Assembly (NCBI GenBank): GCA_002633005.1
Contig: NMRA01000351.1
Coordinates: forward strand, 297,258-361,257
Origin: Phoronis australis
Lineage: Eukaryota; Animalia; Phoronida
Direction of reading: 5' to 3'
Length of the DNA: 64,000 nt
Shown here: positions 27,596 through 39,226 of the stretch, piece after piece
How the letters are laid out: each line of letters begins with the position of its first letter
Numbering within the stretch: position 1 is the first letter of the stretch
The notes under the pieces: model-generated
What the model saw: the letters and a program-made list of their open reading frames with translations, nothing else
What the model was told of the DNA's origin: nothing
Databases searched by the model: none
Program-made: the position numbers and the translations under genes

Positions 27596-29039
27596 AACTG
27601 TTTCAGTGTATACACTTATCAATGTATTCTTCATTTGTTAGCGGTAATATGGCGTGTTCACATTAATTGTTAATGCCGATGCACAAATACATATGCATGT
27701 AGAATGACTTGCCGTATGAGGCATTTTGCTGTATAATTTCACCATTTTCATTAACACTTCGCGTAAACACACTGGGAATAGCCTACAAAGCAGGACAAAC
27801 ATCAAACGTATCCTACATGTATAAAGTATATGTGCGTATATACAGTAGGCCCAAGCATCTATTTGTGAAGCTGCGCCTCTATCGCCGATTTTGCGCTTTT
27901 GAAACAATGAAACAAGAACTTTGTAAGCAAAACTATAATACTGGACGCACATACATGTAAGCAATCAGTTAAACGCATGCACGTTGGCCCAGAGACCTAC
28001 AATTTGTGTCTAGCCGTCGGTCTGCGCATCTGACGTCAAACGCTAAAACATAAGTAAAAAAATCTTTGAAAAGCAACGCCTTAGTTGGGAACTGAAGACG
28101 CATGAGCTTAAATACGGTAATAAAGTTGCCGACTTACCAATGTGTGTATCAGTTGGTCAGTTATAATTGTTTCTAACCTCATCTCGGGAAATACTGCACA
28201 GTGTGCTAATGTTTACCAATCTGACATCTGTCACACGTCGTCTTCGCCAGAGTTGGGCAAACGGCGTGATTTTAAATTACTGCTACAATCAACTGTGCGC
28301 AGTTTCAGGTTTAAAACATTTCAGCTGGGAACGTAAATTACGATTATCAAATGTGACAGATATAGAGTCAGCAAGCAAGTTGGGAGGTTTGTACAGGAAA
28401 AATGATATTTTGCATTTTCGCGGATAAATTTCGTTTTGTGGTTTTGTGGTGTCAGGTCATTGTTTTTCATGACCTTTTCCTCTATCGTAGTTAACCAATT
28501 TGTATCGTTCAAACCATAAAAAATTCAATTTTCAATGTGTGACGGATTTAGTTTTATACTCCACGATGTCTAAAATGGGCAGCAAAGAATTTTTGCCGCT
28601 TTCTCTGTTCCCAAACAAAAGAATCTAGTCATAAGAATTCAGGCGGTGTGGTATCTGGTTATTCAATCCCAACAGGTAAGAAGTACCGGTATTTATAGTT
28701 GCCGTTTGGGAAATGAGATGTAACACCCAATGAAAGTTTCAAATTTCAAATTTCATCCAATTATTGCCATAATTATCACGAAACTAAAAAACGCTAAGTA
28801 CGCTTCTAAAATCCGAATCTCAGTTTGCTGTTCTTGTGTCTGTCGCACCGGAACTAGGAAATTAAACGTTCCAGTTCAAGCAATACACTAACAGTCATTG
28901 CCAAAAAATGAAGAAATTTTCGCCAAAGCAAGCAAAAAGCGAATAGCGGTGCAGCCAATTGAAAAAAGCATGAAAGTCATATAAGAGGGGTGAAATTTTG
29001 CGGTGGCCTGGGAGAAATAGCAACTTGAGTCTAGTGGGC

Positions 29040-29125
29040 TCAAATTAGTGACGACCGGAGTGCGAAATTGGTGATGACAGGTGGGCGAAATTGGCGACGA
29101 CCAGTGGGCGCAATTAGTGGCGAAT
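29040..29125. repeat. Degenerate ~23-bp tandem repeat (about 4 copies)
   Basis: Units resemble aaattggcgacgaccagtgggcg. Confidence 0.5.
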
Positions 29126-30682
29126 GGGGCTAGGTGGCTTTAGGGGCTAAGGAAGCTGGTAGCGACCGACGGAGGGGGTGGTGGTGGTGCAGAATTGGTG
29201 GTGGCATTATCCTACGTCTAGATTGGGCAAAATAGGGTAGTGCCATCATGACCAGAACAGCCAAGTTTAGATACGCCAACGTTACTTAAAGCCGTTAAGT
29301 AGTGTTCTGGCGTTAAAGCGTAAAATATTTTCCCAGACGCATTTCAGGGATCATTAAAGAAAATTTTGACGGTGAATTGACCTACAGTGCCTCAAATCTT
29401 TCTGCCAATTTGAAGGACCTATGGGTCACATCTGCTTCAAATTGAAGCGCCACCATCAAGCACACAGAAGATGTGAATCGCTATTTTACGACGCGTCTAG
29501 GGGACCATGCACGAGTTTGTACATGTAAAAATGTGATAGGAGTGCACCCTGAACACATGTCGCCGTCGCCGTCTTTTTGTCATCTTTAGTTCGCCCCTTT
29601 TGCAAAATACAGTTTAAGAAGACTCATTTCGTTTCGTTTCGCGGAATACAGTTGACTGCTGACCATACACGTAAAGTAACTGTAGTTCTATGATCAAACG
29701 AGGTACATGTATGTTCCATATTGGAAAGCTTGGAATACATATTTGCAATTTGGTATTGATAGACACTATGATTTTTGTATTGATTTGGTTTCCAGGTGGA
29801 CATAGTTTATTCTAGGGTTGTGGACAGTACACGTCCAATCACATGAAAAATAAAATTCTCCTATTTGAAATAGCCAGAAAAAACTCATCAACAAGTAATG
29901 AATTTTCTTTGAGAAGAATGGCTTTAGAGTATTCTTTGCAACTTGCAATGTAAGGCCCATGCGCATTATCATCGAATTAATACGCCTTTTGAATTAAAAT
30001 ATTTTGCTCATACGTTTCTCTTGCATCTATATAAAATCAAGTGTCATTTAAAGGCCCCTTTTATGGAAGGTCTCGTTTTTTACTTCGGACGTCTGCCTAC
30101 TAGCAATCATATTGAAATAAAAACACGAACTAAAGTTTTTCAAAGGATCAGTTTATTTACTTTTCTACAATTCTTGCTGAGTGTCTGTGAAATGTTTCAT
30201 GGCATGAAACAATAGACTACAAATTAATTTCATGCTTAAATTGTTTTGGATTGAATAATCACAGAGAAGATAAAAAGTGGGACTTTTTTAGTTTGAGACA
30301 CCCGTTAAATGTGCACATCTAATCTAAACTGATGGTTTTTATTCCATATTTTTTCCATTCACAGTACTTTTAATTAATAACTAAGTTGAAATTGAGTTCA
30401 TATCAAGAAATTGCATTAGAGTAAAATAAATATTTGCCACCTAAAGTATCGTCATCCAATCCTGTGCATGTCCCCCTAATGTTTATGAAACTAATTATTT
30501 TATTTATTTACCTGTAAGCTTATACATGAACACGTACAGTGTATGTATCAGCAAGTACAAAAGTAATAATTACCGATGGAGGAAATTTTACTGTACGTGA
30601 ACACTGAATCAAAGCAAAAGGCTGAAAAAGATTGTTGTCGGTACTGCGTCATCACGGATGACCTTACGTTGACCTGATTTGG

Positions 30683-33600
30683 ATGCATACTGCACATGCC
30701 GCGTGTCGCGTGATTGGAGACGCAGACGATATATGGCAAAGCGTTCCCGTCGCTATGTCAAAGCCACTTGAAAGTCACTCTTTTATCAATCAGGAAACGC
30801 ACAGACTCGCTGAAGCTCGATTTCATCAACTGTGTTCGCGTGGCAATACGTTTGCGTATAATGACGGCGCTAAGTGTTTGATGACCGAGTTCGGAAGCGA
30901 AAAATGCTGCTCTACAACTTCGCATACGCACACGCCGACAAAAAGCATAGCTTATGAGTCATGTTATGCACCTCTTACTGTAAGTGTAAGTCAAAACTCC
31001 TATGCTCAGCTGTTTACCGAAACTGGAGAACACGTTTCTCCAAAAAAACACCATATCTCCACACTAACTTGTAACAATAGGTTTGGGTCACCGACTGTTT
31101 GTTCCAAAACGTATGACATCGATAGCTTCCCTCATTCTGTGCCTGTTAAAAAAAGAAAGCCAAGAAAACAGAAGTACGAAAGCCTTAGGCCATCACACAA
31201 GGAAGATTATGAATTTATAGAAGTCATGTACCCCGTGACACCTGAAGAAACAAAGAAATCCGTTTCGACCGAAAAACTTGCTTCAAAGGCAAAGAAAATG
31301 TTAGGAATGCCTGACTACGAGTTGAACGAGGTTTGCTCTCCTTATGAAGTATTGTCCACATCAGCAACTGCAGTAACGAGCCAAGAACAAAGAACGGAAA
31401 CACAATCAACTTTAAGTGGTAAGTCTTACATTTTTACCATAAGACAAGTGGAAGAATCTACCAGAAAATACATTTTTAAAAATGTCATTAGTCCTAGTTA
31501 CAAAATGACTTACTGTTGGCCTACAACCCAGAGTAAGGTAATTATCAAACACTTTCAAGTTAAATATTCCTTCATTAAAACAAGCAAGCTTAGGTGAGCG
31601 TTTCTTTTAGGCTTAATTTGCTTTCTAATTAAAGAGTTTACGACATTGATATTATGCACGGTTGCAGACGTGCCTTGCTCCAGAATTGCTCCAAGTCAAA
31701 GAACGCCCAAAAAACTTGAAGCAAGAAGATTAAGCATCAAAGAGAAATTAAGCAAAAGTGGAAAAGATTTGCAGTTTACAATTGTGAGTCTAAACTTTTC
31801 ATTTATTATGAGAAGGTTTGGAGATGTGAGTGTCTAAAGCTTGCATGCAATGTACTGTAGAAATGAAAATAATCACTTGGGGATCGAACGCCGAATTTCC
31901 ACTCAAACATGGCAGTTACCGTACTCTCAAGAGGGAAGGGGGGGGGNGAGAGAGAGAAGAAGAAGAACGACAAGGGTGGAGGCTGCTGGCTAAGATGGAA
32001 CGAAATAGAGAAGGGCCGAGTGAATATACTTTTAACGTATCGAAAACACAAGGTGAATTTTCACGAACCAGGCCTTCGGCACACATTAAAACATATAGTC
32101 CATGTACGTAGCTTGCAAAAACAGGCTTTATCTTGTCCATCTTATTGTAGTTAATAAAAAGCAAGAGCACAGTGGGTCAGTTTAATTGTGGTGCGTTATA
32201 TTAAACCGTGAAAATATTCGTTTGCCATAACACCTTCCCCTAGGGGTTAAAACGTAGAAAGTTTGGGGATTATTGCTGGGTTAGGGTAGAATTACTAAAC
32301 TGAATTGTATCCCACCATTTGTAGCACCGAGAGAAAGTATCACTCACAAACAATTGTCCAATCCAAGGGAAGTTAATCAAAAGAAATTGCCAACTCGCCA
32401 TGGATTATAGCAGGTGTGTTTGCGTATTATTGCGCGACATAGGGTACAAACCCGTTTTACCAACCGCGGATTTACACCGGTGTTGAATTCTGTAGACGTG
32501 AGATTTGCGACAGTGTAGCCGGCAAGTGTGGTCACCTGGTTCTCTTGCAATGCTTATCGGCTAAATCACAATCAAGGTCCATATTCGAGAGTTGACTGTG
32601 TTACGGTCTAAAATAGTTTTGGTCACTTACCAAATGCCAATTGAATGCCATATGCAAAGAGTTATTTAGTTGTGCAAGTTAAAAAAAGAATCTTCAAAAT
32701 CGGACAATGTTTGAGAAATTTATACATGATTTTGTCTGTGAGTTTCATCCATTTTTAGCGTTACGAGTGACCATTTTAAAAATTACAATATTCAATTGTC
32801 AACAGTAGAAAAGAAAGTTATTTTATCAAGTAAGCAATTGCTTAGATATGACTGGGAACAACTTGAGTCACTTTTAGAATCACTTAGATGAAGTTGTGCT
32901 TAATCATTGAGAAATTGTAGGGTTCATTATAAAACAGGCACTCGTTACGAAATTTGTAAATTCTGTGTTTCTAAACCTCACCTACTGTAAAGAAGGTTAA
33001 AAACTAAAGTTCAAACTCTGTCATAAAAAGAACTGCAGAATATGTTAGCCTAGGCAACACAGCAAATTATTCAATATCTATATAAACCAAAAGTTTTGGA
33101 CATTGATTGGGTTCTGCTAAGTTAAAAATGGGCCAAAAAGGCTAAAAAATGTAGTGTACGTACCCCCACGTGGAATTCAGTAACACAAATGGTCATTGCA
33201 ATGAAATTATTGCCTGTTAAATAACAACATGGTGCTTATTATCATCAAAGCAAAATAAATGGCCATACAAAATTATGTTACCACGTGATGCAGAAATAGT
33301 GATGTAGTGTACGTACTCCCCCCCCTTGTAGTGTACGTACCCTCATGTTTACAAATGCCATGAAATTAAAATATCACTTGGTACATGTAAGTGGGCAACT
33401 CTGGTCGTTGACAGTTTCCTTCCTCAAAAATGTTAGGTTAAAAGGGTGTTTATCACAATTACATTTGTTTTGAGTGAAATATTAGCATTTGCGTAATGTA
33501 CGTACCCCTATATTTTAATTTGTGCCTAGTTTCAAAGTACGGCAGATATGCTGTGCTTTTTATTTTTTCTCTTTGAATTGATTTAGTAAATCAGCTAACT

Positions 33601-36600
33601 CTCAGTAGATTCGTAATATTTAGTTACAAACCTGACATGTCATTGAAATGTAGTGTACGTACCCCTGTGTAGTGTACGTACCCCGATGTGAACAAATGCC
33701 ATGAAAAAAATATTACACGGTAAGTAAGCAACATTTGTCACAGACAGTTTCCTCTACTAAAAATGCTAGGTTAAAAGGGTGTTAATTACAAATACATTTG
33801 TTTTGAGTGAAATATTAGCATTTGTGTAGTGTACGTACCCCTATATTTTAACATGTGCCTGTTTTCAAAGAATGACAGACAGATACATGAAGATTTGGTA
33901 AATGAACTAACTCTCAGTAGATTCTAAGTATTTTTATAAACCTGATAATTCATTGAAATGTAGTGTGCGTACCCCCGTGTAGTGTACGTACCTTCAACCT
34001 CTATGCTATAAAGTATTGCCCACAAGTATGTTTTCATACTGCTGTTCCCATGAACAATACCGATATTTCTAAAAAGTATCCAGTCTGACAAAAAAAAAAC
34101 AATGGACATCATCAAATTTTTGAGCAATAAAATGCCACACAGGCCTTGACTAGTACTTAAAATCCTAGAAGACACGTCATGTGACAACTTATGGTGCAGA
34201 GGCAGGTTCTCTATCTCTCAAGACAATTTGCAACAAACCAACAAGTAGAAGCAGCACAAAACTCGAGACCATCCCATACATAACTGAGTCAAAATTTGAG
34301 GTTGATTGACTGTGCGTAGTGTACGTACCCCCCAACCAGTACCATTTTTTACTGTTTACAAGTGGAACACTGGGCCTAGCATTGCTTTAACTATTTTAAC
34401 CAACTGGTGAATGTATTGAAAACTAGGCAAATAGCACCAATAAAGTTTTTGAAAAAGTAGTTACTTGTCATTTTCTTTTTGTAAGAATCATATTGCAAGA
34501 GAGGAAGTTATCATTATAGTGTGTTAAGATATGCAATGTATCATCATCTAGAACAACTTGATCAGCGCGGTAACAACTTTTCTTACTTTAGTATGTGATA
34601 ATTCTTCAATTTGATTAAGAACTTGTTAAATTAATAGCTACCTTATGAATTTTTGCATGGTAGAAGTTGGCTGTGACCACAAGTTGTAGTGTACGTACCC
34701 TTTTGTACAACTGTGATGCCTTAGGCCACAAAATTTTATTCGGTGGTTCTTGTGCAAATTATTTTAGATTACAAACCTGGAATGATGGTATTTTAAAATA
34801 ACCCAGCTTTTAATTATATGACAACATTCATTTTTTCACCAAAAGTGGCCACCGAATATGGACCTTGATTGTGATTTGCCCGTTATCGACATCCCAGGAA
34901 GTCTCGCATGATCTTGTTTTGGCGAGGTCCTCGTGTCTACGGAGCCCGCACCAGGTGCGTTCTTTCGTCTCCAGTGTTACACCAACATTACACCACTGTA
35001 ACACCATGGGCTGAGTCAAATTAAAAAATAACACAGGGTGTAACACTGGTGTCAGGGTGTACTCTAACTCCGGTATCAGTTAAACTTTAAGAGGTCCAAT
35101 GTGTCATTGAGGAAACTGCATCTTCTGAGATCTTGTTGGGCCTAAGTCTAACGTCGGTGTTATCAGAATCACCGGGATTAAAATTGAAAGCGTTGGCAAT
35201 GATGCTTGTTGGGTTTTGAAGGGTACGCAGACGCTCTTCTGAAATAGTTAAGCGCGTAGGCAAATACTGTATTTGGCTACATTTCACGGCCATGTTAAAT
35301 TTTTCTGTAAAACCGTTCACTTTTAGGCTGAATTAGAAAAATATATTCTTTTGTCACATGGCAACTAAAATATTTTGAGCCAGGTGCGTTTTGCTGTCGG
35401 TTGAGCAAGGGAAACAAATATCATTTTGATTTACACCTTTAAAGAACTGTAGAAAGTTTTTTTTTCCAGCTAAAATAAGTTTACTCATGGTCGAGACCAG
35501 TCGTCAACCGGTTTACCTCCATCTAGACCCTGCCCTCCACATCAGTTCTATCCATCCTCCCCCGGCAACACATTTTACATACGCCCACCTCCTTCGTCAC
35601 TTAACCCGTAAGAATGTAAACTTTATTGGAGAGTGGGGGGGGGGGGGCACAAACTAACTCGATTTCGCCAAACTTTTTGTCCCATGGTACCAAAGTCAAC
35701 CTCCTCTCTATCGCCACCGCTTTAGCCCCTCCCTCCACTGGTCGTCTCCAACTTTCACACACCTTTACAATATGCGTACCGTGGAGACTTTACTTTCTAG
35801 GGGCAAACCCCTTGGAGCCACCCATATCTTCAACACAATTCTGCAAGAAATGGTAACTGTTTAGACCTGAGCATGTTACGTGATTAGGGTATGATTTTGA
35901 CCATTAGGGGGGTACCGTTCAGGATTTTCCCTTTGTTAAAAAGAGGTGCAACCAAAATTGTTCGTGCGATGTTAAATACAGAAAAACTGGGAAAGAAAAG
36001 GTATCACCTCGGAATGAGTGAAGGAAACATCGTGTCAGAAACTTCGGTTACAGATATAGTTTCGTCTGTTTCCGAACGTGGAAATAAAGCCTTAAGTTAA
36101 GATTTACTTTATTAGGCTTGCGAAGAGTTCATTTGAGTCATGCTTTGAATGGGGTACATTTTGAAAAGGGCCTGGTAGACTGTCTAATGGACCTTTTTTA
36201 AATCCCTTGTTGAAAATGGGTATAGAGCTTCTAGTGGCAGCCCGGCCGAATTTCACCATCCTACGTCAAAATTCACCGACACCAACTTCTTAGAGGATTT
36301 TTCGAATTGGCAAAAATTACCTAGCATAATACAGATTTTCCAAATTGCAGCCTGTACCAAATTTCACTTACACTTGTAGTAAAGAAATCCTCTATGAATT
36401 GATTGGTTTTCGTAGATGTACAAACATGCAATAAGAATCCTTGCTGGTTACCAAAAGAAAATGACCTTGGGCCACCATATGACGTGGTAACACAAACAAT
36501 GCGAATCTTGAGTTATTGAGTGCCATTAAGTTGCAAGACTTTTTTAACGGATTCCGGAATTCACAGGAAGGAATTTTTTTTAGAAACCGGAGAGCGCGGA

Positions 36601-39145
36601 AGACGGGCCCAAAAGGGAGTTTGGCGGTACTCCTCCAACAAATTTTCAGATTTTATTCATGTGATTCCTATCCAAAGCCAGTGATACATTTTCACTCCTC
36701 AAGCCCGATATCATAGAACGTACGCGTGCATATGTGCTGTAAAATTGTTCGACGCCACGTTGACCTCTGCCAACGAGAAAGTAGCGATAAATACATGCAT
36801 ACATGTAATGTATTTTTATTGACAGGGCATTTTTAGGCTACTATTCTTATGAGCAGTTGTGTTGGCAGGGTTCCTTGCATAGACCTTGCGATCATAATAC
36901 TTTAAAAACCTTCCAGGTATGGCGTTTTAGACACTGAGGAGTTGCATGGAAAATTCAATCCACATAGCTTAATCGTAAAATGACAGTAGACATGGCCGGG
37001 TGGCGCTGTGATTGTGTTTGGCATTTGGCAATTGAGTAAACGATGTTGACTACTTCTTTATCCTGTAGTCATTGTCTTACAGGAGGAAGAATTTGACATA
37101 CATGATCGTGCTGAAGCTTTCGTTATGGGCATTATGCCAGACACGACATTTTATCAAACGACTAACTCAGCAGTTAAATTGGACAAAGAGAACATAAATC
37201 CCGCCCATTGCATTAAGGACCCATGCCACACCCGCCACTACATCATGTCACCTTATAAAAGGCGTAGACGACGGAATTACGGGAGCGTTCCTTGTTTGTT
37301 TGTTAAACGAAAGTCCAGCACGGACTTGAGAAGCGAGCCTTACGATAACAGTCACGTTCTACCTGAAGGTATATCTTACTAAAACGAGTAGATTAACTTG
37401 GATTTGCACTTACTTTCTGAGCTAAAGTATGTTCATTTAATCGCATTTGTATGGGTAAACGTACTACATTTATATTTTGGTACGTTGCCGTTTGTCAGTC
37501 AGTCTGGCGTCGACTATTCTGTGCAGCAAACCCATTCTTTAAAGGTATGCATGACATCTACAGATATTTTAAATTTCTTTGAACGCAAAGATGGAGAGAA
37601 GCCGCACAATCCCTTCGCCTTCTTCGAAACCAAAATTTTGCATTGTTTATCACGTTTTTCTGATACTGAAGTGAGCCGTTCATTGCCCGATGCTTTCCAC
37701 ATGCACCTGGGCGGGGTTGCATAAATCTTCAGAAGATCATTTAATGGATACTATTACAATTGGCCGTTGCAGAAGCTAGACAATATCATGACTTGTGTAT
37801 AGTTAATCAGTGGGTCATGAACAAAAATTCCAAGATGCGACATACATGAGCATTATGTTCACGTTCGTTTTTCAGTTGCTGTTAAGAGTTGTCTCTTAAC
37901 AGAAACAGTCAGTTAAAAATTTCTGTCTTCCACATTTAAGTTATACTACTTTGCATACACCATGGATCTGGGTTTCTTTTTATTCTGAACAGTCACTTAA
38001 AATTTCTAAGTAATCACTACATTCATTTGCATCCAACCATTCATGCATGGTAACTCAAATTGTGACCATCGACATAAGGTTGTGATGGCGTTCTTTGTTG
38101 AGGTGCGACTTTCCATTGCTGTATGCCTTCATGTACTGAAAGCCTAGTGTACCCTAGTTATTAAAATACACACAACAAAAGAACGGTGTCTCTCAGCAAA
38201 GAACTAATGTTAACAAATATTTTTATTTCCAGGTACAAAATTAATGAAACCCCCTAATAAGCTTGTGGAACTGGTAGCCCAAACATTAGATGAGAGTCCG
38301 GATGGACTGCTACAAGTTCAGCAAGTGTACACAGCACTTATGTATGTACATCTGTTATTCTGACTGTTTGGGCAAACGATGTTTTAAGTTGTTTTTGGTA
38401 ATGGTGGTGTGTCTCGCTTAACGATTTGAGGATATGATTTCTTGAAAGGATACCACTGAAACCCGGTTTTGGCCTATTGACAGATACTGAAAACAACTTT
38501 CCCATCCAGTTCTCTGAAACAAAATAATGTGGTGTAAACCTCAACAACCCCCAAAATATGGAGCAAAATTTGGTAACTTACAAAGTCTGCTAAACGGACA
38601 AGCCTGACCTACGCCTCAGACGAGATACACAACAACTGTAGGCAAGACTACCCCCAAAAACCATAATGCGCAATTTGTGACTCAAAGGACGTATGGATTT
38701 ATAATTGAATTTTGCTTTTGCCACTCATCCGGGACATCAGCGGTGCACTAGCATGTGGAGAACGAAGCCTTGATTGAAATCACCAAAACAGAGTTTGGTA
38801 TCCTTTTAAATTTCTTGTATTTTGCATGCATGTATATACCTTCAACAGCGACATGTGACGAAAGAGAAATTGTCAAACTGCAAGAAATTGGCTTAAAAAT
38901 TGCATCCCATACAGTTTTCAAATTTAAGTGCGGTTTAGCGACAAGAGGGCAAATTTGTAACGCGACGGCACAAAGTTCACAGGGCATGCGCGTCCCTCAG
39001 GCGCACAAAATTGTTGAAGCCCATTTCGAAACCGACTAGTTTACTCTAAAAACGAGTTTGCATCCCCGGTCGCCGGTTTAACAGGGGCTCAGCTTTCGGA
39101 ATCGTTTTTCATGCCACTGGGTGTATACATGTACATTTGTGTGTG

Positions 39146-39226
<81 letters not shown>

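Noticed and set aside
31419-31597. 3' part of the 304-aa ORF as coding
   Set aside because: A strong donor G|GTAAGT at 31418/31419, in phase with the next exon, indicates the ORF runs on into the intron.
33150-34700. Repeated 16-bp motif with spacers, superficially CRISPR-like
   Set aside because: Spacing is irregular, spacers are duplicated, there are no cas genes, the context is eukaryotic, and the motifs lie inside a TIR/TSD-bounded transposon.
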